From positions 1 to 64,000 of the forward strand of contig JBEIPA010000007.1 of assembly GCA_040377305.1 (NCBI GenBank): 64,000 nucleotides of DNA, read 5' to 3'. The notes under the pieces were generated by a model, which saw only the letters and a program-made list of their open reading frames with translations, was not told the DNA's origin and ran no database searches. Positions 49,501-58,989 of this stretch are shown piece after piece (positions within the stretch are counted from its first letter, which is position 1; each line of letters starts with the position of its first letter). Source of the stretch: Flavobacteriales bacterium. Its GTDB lineage: Bacteria > Bacteroidota > Bacteroidia > Palsa-965. Position numbers and translations under genes: made by a program.

Positions 49501-50064
49501 TGTTCCGTCGGCTTGTATGGGAAGATTGTCGTCTGTCGCAACCATCATCAGGTCGACATTGTCCGTAAGCCTACCTGAAATCTGCAGATTCAAATTCGAG
49601 TTAACGGAAACATCGCGCGTATTTCCGAATGAAATTCCCCGCGACAAACTTCCGCTCTTGTTCAGTCCGCCCATTGCAAACGGATCTTCGGTTTTCGATT
49701 TCGGATTATACGTAAACGGATTCACACGATTGTCCGGACTCGATGTCATTGCTCCCTGATTCTTGTGCGATCGTTCCTGCACAAACAAAAGCGGAAATAC
49801 ATCATACGAAACGGTGATGCTGTCTGCGCTTGTGTTTTTCAGAATCAGCAATGCAGCGGGAGTATTCAGCGTGTAGTCAACCGAATCAACCAGCGTGCGC
49901 GAACCAATTTTCGCTTTGAATGTTCCCGGAATTACACTGAGCGTGTCGATTTGTATTGTATCGTTAGTCGCCGAAAAAGTTTTTTCGCGTTTAGGAAAAA
50001 ATCCTTGCGACGAAGCGTCAACCGCACAGAACACCAATAACAATACAATGAAGATGCGGATCAT
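46504..50064 (-). CDS. Very large outer-membrane beta-barrel protein
   Basis: Signal peptide, GSLSRGISFGN, GPYRL..EKVFVDG..DYIIDYNTAEVTF, amphipathic strands, ends QVRAMF. Confidence 0.85.
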   Translation of the reverse strand: MIRIFIVLLLVFCAVDASSQGFFPKREKTFSATNDTIQIDTLSVIPGTFKAKIGSRTLVDSVDYTLNTPAALLILKNTSADSITVSYDVFPLLFVQERSHKNQGAMTSSPDNRVNPFTYNPKSKTEDPFAMGGLNKSGSLSRGISFGNTRDVSVNSNLNLQISGRLTDNVDLMMVATDDNLPIQADGTTQQLQEFDRVFIQISSPTTKLIAGDFFTERPNSYFMKFNKRGQGLSFTTVVPITQNERQSPARPVVGTKNDSLGTKLRVSGAAALSKGKFARNVIQGVEGNQGPYRLRGAENELFIIVLSGTEKVFVDGRLMVRGQDNDYIIDYNTAEVTFTAKQLITKDKRIVVEFQYSDRNYSRSLIHSAITWQNTSPMPGIDNGKNIPLKTTRFTLNVYSEQDHKNQPVQQSLTPNDVLILSEVGDTLNQAVIPGSDSVGFSDTEVRYRQVDTLVNAVLYPNVFVYSTDSELAHWRAAFSYVGPNNGNYRQITSAANGKVFEWTAPVNGVPQGDYEPVILIVTPKKRQMVTFGGERNTKSGGITAEAALSNYDLNTFSPINSEDDQGYAGSFGYRKKFRVNDSVEFSLAVKYEYMSKNFTFVERYRPVEFERDWNLGWNSTRKPSTDQHMVISNFRYASTKGKFITGYDFSAFNEGAQYTGIKNGILLGVNHKRVRATLNASYLTSTGAYGKTDFSRQRAQISIPLTKHISIGGWEEIEFSNVHRPNSDTLQAQSFGYIEWESYMLIGDSSKTFVRGFYKQRSDWLPMNTKLDLATFGENIGATVGFNQLKNQRLNITASYRKLDIRNYLITQSQPDNTVVGRIEYSIKLFKGAIDLNTFYEAGSGLEVKKEFFYLEVPAGQGAYAWTDYNSNGVKELNEFEIALFSDQALYIRVYTPTNQYVKVYTNQFSQSIRLRTPQTWQSKKGFRKFLTRFSDQAAYRVDRKTQSEQFEHAYLPQIDDAGDTALVTLNATVRNTVFFNQLSSKFGIDHTWQSVKGKNLLTNGLESRGNEYNQVRVRWNVTRAFSLITEYKRGKKSNTSEYFSTRNYFINYFDAEPKLSYQPGTTFRVSLLYRYSEKKNDADLGGEKTAIQKFGVEFRATKASKGSLDAEFNYFRIAYDGTVNSTIGYEMLEGLKPGENFTWKAGWQQSLGGGLQLTLGYEGRKTPDNKPIHTGTAQVRAMF

Positions 50065-50127
50065 TCGTCGTATAAAGTTAAGGCTATTCGCGCTCAGTTT
50101 TGGTTTCATCTGTAATCCGCAATCAGA

Positions 50128-50164
50128 ACTTTGCGGTCCTCTGCGCCTTTGCGCCTCTGCGGTT
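50128..50164. repeat. ct(t/c)tgcg short tandem tract
   Basis: ctttgcggtcctctgcgcctttgcgcctctgcggtt. Confidence 0.55.
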
Positions 50165-50249
50165 TGCTGACCATGTTAATCTTGGGTCTCACAAAACTGA
50201 GTACCGAGCACGAGGAACATTTACCTTCGGGCTTTTCAAACGCAAAAGC

Positions 50250-51017
50250 ATGACAAAAATTGTCTCCTACAACGTTAACGGCATTCGTGCAGCATTGGGA
50301 AAAGGTTGGATCGAATGGCTGCAGCAGGAAGATCCCGATATCGTGATGCTTCAGGAGATAAAAGCGGAACAGACTCAACTCGATTTATCGGTGTTTGCGA
50401 AAGCAGGATACGAGCACACCTATTGGCATTCGGCAGAGAAAAAAGGCTACAGCGGAGTTGCAATACTCTCGAAGAAAAAGCCCGTTCACGTTGAAGTGGG
50501 TTGCGGCAACAAAATCTACGATTCGGAAGGAAGAATTTTGCGTGCCGATTACAGCGATTTCTCTGTGATGAGTTTGTATTTGCCTTCAGGTACAACCGGA
50601 GAAATACGCCAGCAGTTCAAATACGAATGCATGGACTTTTTCCAGTTGTATATAGACAAGCTTAAGAAGGAAAAACCCAATCTCGTTATTGGTGGCGACT
50701 GGAATATCTGTCACCGTGAAATCGATATTCACAATCCGAAAACCAACGCAAACTCGAGTGGATTTTTACCTGAAGAACGCGCATGGATTGGTCGTTTCAT
50801 TGACAGTGGCTTCATCGACACGTTCCGTCATTTCAACAAGGAACCGCACAACTATACATGGTGGACCTTCCGTGCAAACGCCAGGGCCAAGAATCTTGGG
50901 TGGCGTATCGATTATCATATGGCCACAGAAGGAATGCAGAAGGAACTGACTGCTGCAGCGATCTTATCAGACGTGAAACACTCGGATCATTGTCCGATTT
51001 CACTGACAATCAGGTAA
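50250..51017 (+). CDS. xth: Exodeoxyribonuclease III
   Basis: SYNVNGIRA, LQEIK, GYSGVA, EGR, GDWNI, GWRIDY, SDHCP. Confidence 0.95.
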   Translation: MTKIVSYNVNGIRAALGKGWIEWLQQEDPDIVMLQEIKAEQTQLDLSVFAKAGYEHTYWHSAEKKGYSGVAILSKKKPVHVEVGCGNKIYDSEGRILRADYSDFSVMSLYLPSGTTGEIRQQFKYECMDFFQLYIDKLKKEKPNLVIGGDWNICHREIDIHNPKTNANSSGFLPEERAWIGRFIDSGFIDTFRHFNKEPHNYTWWTFRANARAKNLGWRIDYHMATEGMQKELTAAAILSDVKHSDHCPISLTIR

Positions 51018-51120
51018 GTACCACTCTTTTCATAAAAATAGGCTCCGCTTGTCATTGAGGACCCCGCTCTATGCGTTTTTTGCCTATTTTTAGCGCTGAA
51101 AACGCCAGAACCCATTTATT

Positions 51121-52911
51121 ATGAAAAGATTGGCCGGTGCTCTTGCTATTACCCTCACATTTGGAGCGGTAAGTTTGGTAAATAAGAGCTGCTCTCCAGG
51201 TCCAGACGGTCCCATTTCCACTCGCACGGCTCAAGGGCCTGTGAAGTACGGAGGTGTGTTCCGCATGAACGAGATTGAAGATTTCCGTACACTCTATCCG
51301 CTGAATATCGTTGAGGTAGTTGGTCACCACATTGGGACGCAGGTGTACGAAGGACTAGTGAAGTTTAACCAGAAAGATCTTTCTGTTATTCCTGCGCTCG
51401 CTACGCGTTGGGAAGCACTCGACAGCAATACGCGTTACGTGTTTCACCTTCGCGACGGAGTGTTGTTTCACGATGACGAATGCTTTACAGCTACACAAGG
51501 AAAAGGTCGCGAGGTTACTGCAGCTGATGTGAAGTTCACATTCGACAGGCTTTGCACTTCTTCACCGAACAACCAACAGTTTACTTACACTTTCAAAGAC
51601 CGTGTAGTTGGCGCGAATGAATATTTCGCAGCAACAGAAAAAGGACAAAATCCTGCTGGTGGTGTTTCCGGTGTTACGGTTCTTGATGACTCTACACTCG
51701 AAGTGAAATTGCTTCTTCCAATGCCGGGCTTCCTTCAGATTCTTGCAACGCAAGGTGGATGGGTTTACCCGCAGGAAGCTTTTGATAAATACGGCGACGA
51801 CATGCGCACCCACTGCGTAGGAACCGGCCCGTTCAAAGTGAAAAGCATCACAGAAGGCGAATCAGTAATTCTCGATTACAACCCGAACTACTGGATGTTC
51901 GACGAGCATGGTAATCGTTTGCCTTACCTCGATATCGTGCAATTCCGTTTCATCAAGGATAAACGTTCAGAAATCATCGCGTTCCGTAACAAAGAGCTCG
52001 ACATGGTTTTCCGTTTGCCTGTTGAAATGGCGAAAGACATTCTCGGTGAGCTTGATGAAGCAAAAGTGCATGGAACAGATTTCATTATGCAAACTGCTCC
52101 CGCAATGAGTTTGACATACTACGGATTCCAGCATAAGCTTGCTCCGTTCGATAACCAGAAAGTTCGTCTTGCATTCAACTACGCAATAAACCGCGAAGAA
52201 ATTGCAGACAAGAAACTCATGGGTGATGCAATCCCGGGAACTCACGGTATTGTGCCTGCGAGCATTCCTGGTTATGATACGGATAGCATTAAAGGATATT
52301 CTTACGATCCGGATCTTGCACGCAAGTATTTAGCTGAGGCTGGATATCCTGGCGGAAAAGGATTCCCTGAAATCACATTGCGCATCAACAGCGGCGGTGG
52401 CGACCGTAACACAATCACTGCTGATTATGTAGCGCACCAACTCAACGAAGTTCTCGGTATCTCTGTGAAAGTGGAAACCATTCCATTCGCACAACACCTT
52501 GAGTCAATCGAGACCGGGAAATCCCTCTTCTGGCGTACAGGCTGGATCGCTGACTATCCGGATCCGGAAACATTCCTGACTACATTGTACAGCGCACACA
52601 TTCCTTCTGACATGAATGCGCGTTCGTCAACAAACTCAGTTCGTTACTCGAACCCACGTTTCGATTCATTGTATAATGCGGCAGTTCACGAAGCTGATCC
52701 GAAGAAACGTGCTGATCTTTTCCTCGCAGCAGATCGCGTGCAGGTTGAAGACGCAGCAATCATGCCGATCTACTACGAATTGAATGACCGTCTCGTACAG
52801 CGCAACGTTCGCAACTTCGATATCAACCCAATGGAATTCCGCGACATGACACGCGTATGGCTCGATGTTGAAGAGCCTGCAGCAGGTGCGGATACAGCGG
52901 CGAAGAAATAG
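51121..52911 (+). CDS. ABC transporter substrate-binding protein, family 5 (OppA/DppA-like)
   Basis: YEGLV, FHLRDGVLFHD, VTAADVKFT, GTGPF, VRLAFNYAINR, GWIADYPDPETFL. Confidence 0.92.
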   Translation: MKRLAGALAITLTFGAVSLVNKSCSPGPDGPISTRTAQGPVKYGGVFRMNEIEDFRTLYPLNIVEVVGHHIGTQVYEGLVKFNQKDLSVIPALATRWEALDSNTRYVFHLRDGVLFHDDECFTATQGKGREVTAADVKFTFDRLCTSSPNNQQFTYTFKDRVVGANEYFAATEKGQNPAGGVSGVTVLDDSTLEVKLLLPMPGFLQILATQGGWVYPQEAFDKYGDDMRTHCVGTGPFKVKSITEGESVILDYNPNYWMFDEHGNRLPYLDIVQFRFIKDKRSEIIAFRNKELDMVFRLPVEMAKDILGELDEAKVHGTDFIMQTAPAMSLTYYGFQHKLAPFDNQKVRLAFNYAINREEIADKKLMGDAIPGTHGIVPASIPGYDTDSIKGYSYDPDLARKYLAEAGYPGGKGFPEITLRINSGGGDRNTITADYVAHQLNEVLGISVKVETIPFAQHLESIETGKSLFWRTGWIADYPDPETFLTTLYSAHIPSDMNARSSTNSVRYSNPRFDSLYNAAVHEADPKKRADLFLAADRVQVEDAAIMPIYYELNDRLVQRNVRNFDINPMEFRDMTRVWLDVEEPAAGADTAAKK

Positions 52912-52922
52912 AACTATCCATC

Positions 52923-52966
52923 AAAGAAAAATCCCTGACAGCAAAACTGATCAGGGATTTTTCTTT
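52923..52966. terminator. Bidirectional intrinsic terminator
   Basis: aaagaaaaatccctga...tcagggatttttcttt. Confidence 0.85.
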
Positions 52967-52983
52967 TAGACAATGTGATAGAT

Positions 52984-53019
52984 ACTGCCTACTGACCTAC
53001 AGCATTACTGCCTACTGAC
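52984..53019. repeat. CAGTAGG-family heptamer tract overlapping a gene end
   Basis: actgcctactgacctacagcattactgcctactgac; encodes the final VSRQ* of the minus-strand gene. Confidence 0.75.
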
Positions 53020-53721
53020 CGAGATTTCTCTCAGTAACATCCTCTTCGCAATCGGCAGAAACGTGGGCTCTAAAGGAATGTCTTTTCCGCTGACCGCAAC
53101 ATATACTGCGGGATTCGGCAGCGCTTGATTAGTTCGAATGAGTTCAGCCTTGATCGACTCAAATGTGTTGGTGAACGTGCGCTTCCACGATGCGATGTAT
53201 GTTGTACGTAACGATCTCCATCCAGACTCCGGATTGTCATAGATCGTCATTTCGTAATTGTATACGCGTGTGTCACCTGCATTCTGACTCAACAACAAAT
53301 ATCCTTCCGACGTATGCAGTGGAACAATTCCTACAGGAGATAATTCAATTCCGCTTTCAATGAACTCATAGATCGCGCGACCTTCTTTCATCCATTCTTC
53401 AAATTTCGGAATGGAGAAGGTGAGCAGGCGTTCAATGGCAATCATGCTTTCGTCGTCCTGCATGAGTGCCTGAAATTCGAGTTGCAATCCGTCTTTTTCT
53501 ATGCCCGTAATTTTACGCGGGAATTGCGAAGCCAGATCGGTCTTGTTCTGACTGAGAATGGTCGCGTTTCGGTAATGGGAGATCAGCTCGCTCAAAGCCG
53601 GGTAGAGTCGAATCGTTCGGAAATCGTTTTCGACACTCTGGAGCCAGGCCAGCAGGAGGTACTTCTTGTATTCGAAATCGAGCGTCTTTTCGGTAATCCA
53701 GTTTTCGCTAAGTGGGTTCAT
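53005..53721 (-). CDS. Hypothetical protein
   Basis: LSENWITE..DFEYKKYLLLAWLQ..LYP..PVGIVPL..TFLPIAKR; protein-like composition, function unknown. Confidence 0.82.
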   Translation of the reverse strand: MNPLSENWITEKTLDFEYKKYLLLAWLQSVENDFRTIRLYPALSELISHYRNATILSQNKTDLASQFPRKITGIEKDGLQLEFQALMQDDESMIAIERLLTFSIPKFEEWMKEGRAIYEFIESGIELSPVGIVPLHTSEGYLLLSQNAGDTRVYNYEMTIYDNPESGWRSLRTTYIASWKRTFTNTFESIKAELIRTNQALPNPAVYVAVSGKDIPLEPTFLPIAKRMLLREISVSRQ

Positions 53722-53877
53722 GGCCAGTTGAGGCATAGTTTATGCTCTATAAACGCAGAAAACCGCCCTTGTGTTTCACGCTGTATTCACATTCCGCAGG
53801 TTAATAACTTGATTTAACACCGAATTCCAGCGCAACTCAACTTTCTATCTTTGTCGGATAGTTTCAAACCCTTTTCT

Positions 53878-54885
53878 ATGACAGGCAGAATTCTCGCTTT
53901 CACAATTACAACTTTATTTCTGATCGGCGCGTGCGTCCCTGCACGTAAGTTCGAAGAAGAAAAAGTAAAACGCGTTGCAGCAGAAAAAGCGCTCGACAGT
54001 ATGAAAACTGTTTGTGCCGATTACGATGCAAAGCAAGCTGAACTAAGCAAACAATTCAAAGAGTGCGACGAAGAGCGTGCTAAGCTGAAAGCAGACACAA
54101 TGGGTTGCGGTATGCGTTACCGTATTCTCACCATGCAGTACAATCAGCTTACTGCGAACTACGAGTTGCTGCTTAAGCAGAACAAGGATCTAATGGCTCG
54201 TCAGTCGTCAGAGAACTCAAATCTCGTAGGACAACTCAACGTGACTCAGGAGCAGCTGTTCCGTAAAGAAGATTCATTGAAGAAGCTCGACATAAGCCTC
54301 AAGCAACAGAGAAAATCACTGGATTCTTTGAATGCGCTCTTGCTGAAACGTGAAGTGCGTGTTCGCGAATTGGAGCGCGCTCTTGCAGCGAAAGATTCTG
54401 CAGTGCTCGCGCTTCAGACGAAAGTGAAGAATGCGCTCGTTGGCTTCGAAGGAAAAGGACTAACCATCACACAGAAGAACGGTAAAGTATACGTGTCTAT
54501 GGACGAGAAACTCATGTTCTCTACCGGAAGCACATCCGTGCAGAAGGGTGGGGTGGATGCGCTTGTTGCATTGGCGAAAGTCCTCGTATCGAATCCGGAC
54601 ATCAACATCATGGTTGAAGGTCATACAGACGATGTGCCGATGAAGGGCAGTGGTGAAATAAAAGACAACTGGGATCTTTCCGTGATGCGTGCAACCTCGG
54701 TGACGAAAATCTTAATACTGAACGGAGTTCCGGCAACACGACTTACAGCAGCAGGTCGCGGGGAGCATTTCCCTGTTGTACCAAACACATCTGCAGAGAA
54801 CCGTGCGAAGAATCGTCGTACAGAAATTATCCTCATTCCTAACCTGGATGATCTGTTCAAAGTGCTCGAGCCAACGAACAAGTAA
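53878..54885 (+). CDS. OmpA/MotB-family coiled-coil lipoprotein
   Basis: Lipobox IGAC, coiled coil, GKVYVS, VEGHTD, NWDLSVMRA, AAGRGE, NRRTEI; TATCTTTG at 53847. Confidence 0.92.
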   Translation: MTGRILAFTITTLFLIGACVPARKFEEEKVKRVAAEKALDSMKTVCADYDAKQAELSKQFKECDEERAKLKADTMGCGMRYRILTMQYNQLTANYELLLKQNKDLMARQSSENSNLVGQLNVTQEQLFRKEDSLKKLDISLKQQRKSLDSLNALLLKREVRVRELERALAAKDSAVLALQTKVKNALVGFEGKGLTITQKNGKVYVSMDEKLMFSTGSTSVQKGGVDALVALAKVLVSNPDINIMVEGHTDDVPMKGSGEIKDNWDLSVMRATSVTKILILNGVPATRLTAAGRGEHFPVVPNTSAENRAKNRRTEIILIPNLDDLFKVLEPTNK

Positions 54886-54907
54886 AGATTGCCACATACC
54901 AGTGTAT

Positions 54908-54938
54908 AAAGAGCCGGATGTTAAATGCCGGCTTTTTT
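54908..54938 (+). terminator. Intrinsic terminator
   Basis: agccgg-atgttaaatg-ccggct-ttttt. Confidence 0.7.
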
Positions 54939-55022
54939 ATGCATTCTCCGGGTTAACTTTCGCTTAAAGGCAAGGTAATGTGGAAACTTCCGTTTAATGC
55001 GTCGTACTGTAAAGCCCTACTT

Positions 55023-58000
55023 ATGCAGCGCACATTATTCATCCTGGTTTTCCTCCTGCCTTTTCTGCTTCCTGCTCAGCATGAGAAGTCGCTGTCTCCA
55101 TACTTTATTGTAAATGTCGATAGCGGAGAATCAGTTCCGGATTTTCCTTTGCACGCTACTTCGGCAGATGTAATTATCAGCGGGGTGATTGCAGACGTTA
55201 CAATTACACAAGTCTACACGAATCATTCTACGCGGGCACTCGAAGCAATTTATGTTTTTCCGGGATCAACAAATGCTGCCGTGTACGCCATGGAAATGCA
55301 GATCGGCAGACGTACGATTGAAGCTCAGATCATGGAAAAGAACGCAGCGCGACTGACGTATGAGAATGCAAAAGAAGAAGGAAGAACAACGTCTCTGCTG
55401 GAGCAGGATCGTCCGAATGTATTCTCCATGAACGTGGCGAATGTTATGCCGGGAGATTCTATCGTTGTGCGGATTTCATATACCGAACGACTCATTCCAA
55501 CAGATGGTGTGTATGAATTTGTTTATCCAACAGTAGTTGCGCCGAGATACACCGGCGCAGGAGCTCCAATCGCAAGTATCGACCCACTAACAGGAATTGC
55601 AGAAGGTAAAACTCCGTACACCGAAAAAGGAATCAAGCCATCGTATGATTTTGGCATGAACGTGAGTATTGCTTCAGGTATTCCATTCGAGTTTATCAGA
55701 AGTACGACGCACAAAACAATGTTGTCTTTCGAATCTGCGAATGCTGCAACTATACTGTTAGATAAATCGGAAACCGAAGGAGGCAATCGCGATTTCATTC
55801 TGCAGTATCGTTTTGCAGGAGGAAAAATCGAAACCGGCCTCATGTTGTACGAAGGAAAAGACGAAAACTTTTTCATGCTCATGATGGAGCCTCCGAAACG
55901 CGTCCCGCTCGACAGCATTCCACCGCGCGAATACATTTTCATTATGGACGTTTCCGGTTCAATGGGAGGTTACCCGATTGAAACGTCGAAACAACTGCTG
56001 CGTAATCTCGTCGGAGGATTACGTCTTACTGATAAGTTTAATGTCATTCAGTTTGCAGGCGGTGGAGCTCAGTTCACACCTGAATCAGTTAATGCAACCG
56101 CACAGAACATCGATTCAGCAATTGCATTTATTAATCGCGTGCAACCCGGTGGCGGAACTGAACTCAACAACGCAATGCGCATGGCCATGTTTATTCCGCA
56201 ACAGGAAGGATATTCGCGTTCCATTGTAATTGTTACCGACGGATTAATTTCCGCAGAGTCGACGGTGTTACGATCCATGCGCAACCATCTTGATTCTGCG
56301 AATGTATTTGCATTCGGAATTGGTAGCAGCTGCAATCGCTACTTGATAGAAGCCATGGCATTTTGCGGGAGCGGAGAACCGACAGTTGTTACGAAAGCAA
56401 CCGAAGCGGATTCTGCGGCAGAACGTTTCCGACAATACATTTCTTCACCGGTGCTTTCAGACATCCAGATTCGCTACGAAGGATTTGAGACTTACGATGT
56501 AGAACCGGTTGCTGTGCCCGATCTTTTCGCTTCACGTCCGCTGATCATCACGGGAAAGTATAAAGGCAAAGCAACGGGAAAAATAGCGGTTAGCGGAACA
56601 ACAGGCGCTGGTGCATATCGCAAAGAAATTTCTGTTGATTCTGTGAAGCCGCGCAAAAAGAATAGAGCAATCAGTTTATTGTGGGCGCGCGACCGTATAA
56701 AATATCTGACTTATCTCGATGATCCTCGCGGACAATATTATTATCGCACCGGAAATGATTCGGCCGTGAAAACTGAAATCACACAGTTAGGGATGCGCTA
56801 CGGACTACTCACGAACTACACTTCATTTGTCGCAGTGGATAAGCGTGTTCGCAATAAAAATCCTGAAGCAGATTCTGCGGTAACTCAACCTTTGCCACTT
56901 CCGGCCGGAATGGACAATTCGGCAATCGGAATGCATGGCACACTACAGGAGGTTTCCATTACTTCATACAAAGTCGTACTCGATCATTCCTTTGGTTGTA
57001 TTGCTTCTGTGTCATATTGCATGGTAGTGCCTTCGCGACCGACCTTTGCAGCAGGCCCGTCGGGTATGCAAGAGCCGCCAACGGTAGGAGATTTCAACCG
57101 TTTTTACAATGGAGGACTCCTATTGCCTGTGATTACAAATTACGAAACACCATTTTTCACTGCGGGAGCTTCCGGTCGAATGCTGAACTTATTCAGTGGG
57201 GATATGCTTGGTACATATACATCGGGCAGGCATGGAGTTGATGGATCACCAATGTCATCTCCATTCAATAACGGAAACTTTGCATTTAATACCTGGCTTC
57301 CTGGCAGAAATCTGTTAAACGTATCTGCTACACATTACGGAACACAGAATCTCTACTATGGCAATGAATGGTCTATAAATGATAGACTGAATTCACTTCT
57401 GGAAATCGGCGAACAATGGAAAGGCGTAAGCACTGACCGTAACGGAGATGGCTACGAAGACTTGTCGAACGGAACAAGTCTTTCTCTCCATCATCGTTTA
57501 ACATACGATTATCAGACGAAGGACTATCTGCGCTCACACTATTTTACAAATGATATTTTCATGCATTCATCGTGGCTGAAAGGTGGACAAATTTCAGCTC
57601 CGGTTTATGTAACTCACGACCGAACAATGGGATTCTATATGTCGCCGCGAGCGTTCCTTGAAGTTTCCGACGGCAATTATGTCGACGTAAAAGCATCCGT
57701 AGCTGTTGCTTCGATGAATGACGGATGGGGCATTGATCGTTTCAATCTCAACACTACGCAAATTACAGCACAAGCTTCGTACAATTGGACGCATGGTGCA
57801 ATGTCTTATGAGACCGGACTCGATGGTTGGATTTCGTTCGGAGAAGAACGTTGGAATGATTCTCGTTTTAATGCGGAACATCAATCGGCTGGTGCATATG
57901 CGGGAGCCAATTACAGAAGAAGTGACTGGCTTGTGAATGGTGCGGTTCGTGCAGAATACAATGATGTAGGAGGAATTGCTGTGCTACCAGCGGTGAATAT

Positions 58001-58736
58001 CTCACGCTCGTGGAACAGCATGTATTTCAGCGTAGCTGGAAATCGTTACCGCGATGTGCCGTTTGGTGTTGGACAATTGCTTCCCTTGTTTTATAGTTCA
58101 CGTACGTTACAGATTGCTTCGGATGTCGGACTAAATCAGGGGTGGGACTTCGAAGTAAATATTGGTCTCGATAAATTGTTTAAACGCGATTTGTATCTCG
58201 GGTTCACATACGGAGCAACTCTTCCGGAACATACCGTGATTGTGGATGTCGATTCAGACGCATCGAAAACTTCAGTCTATGGAGTAAACGGTGGAGCTCT
58301 AATTCATCGTGCAATCACAAAATTCAACATTGACTTGCAACGTTGGAAACTGGAAGCCTATTACATGTTTACATACGTACCATACACGTTTGGAGAAACG
58401 ATAAAGCAGCAACCGTTGTTACCGATGCATCGTGGGTATGGCTCAATAACCTGGCGTAGCAGAACCGATCAGATTCACACGCGCATGCAGATTTGTTATA
58501 CAGGTGAACAACGCATTCCGCAAGCAGGCTGGTCTTCTGATTATGCAACAATCAATCTGCAGATGAAATATAAATTTAGTGGAGGTCGTTTCACAGTTTC
58601 TGCAAATGTGTTCAACTTGCTTGACTATCGACAGAAGCAATTCCTGATGACCACCAACGATCAGTTTGATGGATGGAAACTCTGGGCGCCAATAACCGGA
58701 AGGACTTTCCAGGCCGGATTGAGCATGCAGTTTTAG
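55023..58736 (+). CDS. VIT + vWA protein fused to a TonB-dependent-receptor-like beta-barrel
   Basis: Signal peptide; LEAIYVFP, SLLEQDRPNVF (VIT); DVSGS, GGGTE, TDG (MIDAS); YGLLTNYTSFVAVD; then LQEVSIT, barrel strands, NVFNLLD and GRTFQAGLSMQF. Confidence 0.82.
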   Translation: MQRTLFILVFLLPFLLPAQHEKSLSPYFIVNVDSGESVPDFPLHATSADVIISGVIADVTITQVYTNHSTRALEAIYVFPGSTNAAVYAMEMQIGRRTIEAQIMEKNAARLTYENAKEEGRTTSLLEQDRPNVFSMNVANVMPGDSIVVRISYTERLIPTDGVYEFVYPTVVAPRYTGAGAPIASIDPLTGIAEGKTPYTEKGIKPSYDFGMNVSIASGIPFEFIRSTTHKTMLSFESANAATILLDKSETEGGNRDFILQYRFAGGKIETGLMLYEGKDENFFMLMMEPPKRVPLDSIPPREYIFIMDVSGSMGGYPIETSKQLLRNLVGGLRLTDKFNVIQFAGGGAQFTPESVNATAQNIDSAIAFINRVQPGGGTELNNAMRMAMFIPQQEGYSRSIVIVTDGLISAESTVLRSMRNHLDSANVFAFGIGSSCNRYLIEAMAFCGSGEPTVVTKATEADSAAERFRQYISSPVLSDIQIRYEGFETYDVEPVAVPDLFASRPLIITGKYKGKATGKIAVSGTTGAGAYRKEISVDSVKPRKKNRAISLLWARDRIKYLTYLDDPRGQYYYRTGNDSAVKTEITQLGMRYGLLTNYTSFVAVDKRVRNKNPEADSAVTQPLPLPAGMDNSAIGMHGTLQEVSITSYKVVLDHSFGCIASVSYCMVVPSRPTFAAGPSGMQEPPTVGDFNRFYNGGLLLPVITNYETPFFTAGASGRMLNLFSGDMLGTYTSGRHGVDGSPMSSPFNNGNFAFNTWLPGRNLLNVSATHYGTQNLYYGNEWSINDRLNSLLEIGEQWKGVSTDRNGDGYEDLSNGTSLSLHHRLTYDYQTKDYLRSHYFTNDIFMHSSWLKGGQISAPVYVTHDRTMGFYMSPRAFLEVSDGNYVDVKASVAVASMNDGWGIDRFNLNTTQITAQASYNWTHGAMSYETGLDGWISFGEERWNDSRFNAEHQSAGAYAGANYRRSDWLVNGAVRAEYNDVGGIAVLPAVNISRSWNSMYFSVAGNRYRDVPFGVGQLLPLFYSSRTLQIASDVGLNQGWDFEVNIGLDKLFKRDLYLGFTYGATLPEHTVIVDVDSDASKTSVYGVNGGALIHRAITKFNIDLQRWKLEAYYMFTYVPYTFGETIKQQPLLPMHRGYGSITWRSRTDQIHTRMQICYTGEQRIPQAGWSSDYATINLQMKYKFSGGRFTVSANVFNLLDYRQKQFLMTTNDQFDGWKLWAPITGRTFQAGLSMQF

Positions 58737-58764
58737 GAATTTACGTTTTCTTGACTCTTTCCAG

Positions 58765-58891
58765 CGGCTGAAGCCACCGGTTATCATTTTCATCGTGTAG
58801 TGTGGGTGCAAAAAAATGGATCGCAGAGCGATCCATTTTTTTGCCATTACTAGTAAGGTGACGAGAAATGATAACCGTCTGGCTTCAGCCG
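58765..58891. repeat. MITE/REP-like palindromic element, copy 1
   Basis: cggctgaagcca..cggttatcattt / aaatgataaccg..tggcttcagccg; inner aaaaaaatggatcgc-aga-gcgatccattttttt. Confidence 0.85.
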
Positions 58892-58989
58892 ACGGTGCAG
58901 ACTCTGCTGCACAAAAATCTATTTCGAGCCAACACCGCCGGAGAGAACCCGGAAAACGTAACTATGTCCGGTATGAAGTATATTCGTGC

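Noticed and set aside
58816-58989. N-terminal extensions in the ORF track (also 16246-16398, 20765-20872, 23076-23132, 50100-50249)
   Set aside because: They run through repeats, promoters or neighbouring genes; family-like sequence starts at the downstream codons used above.
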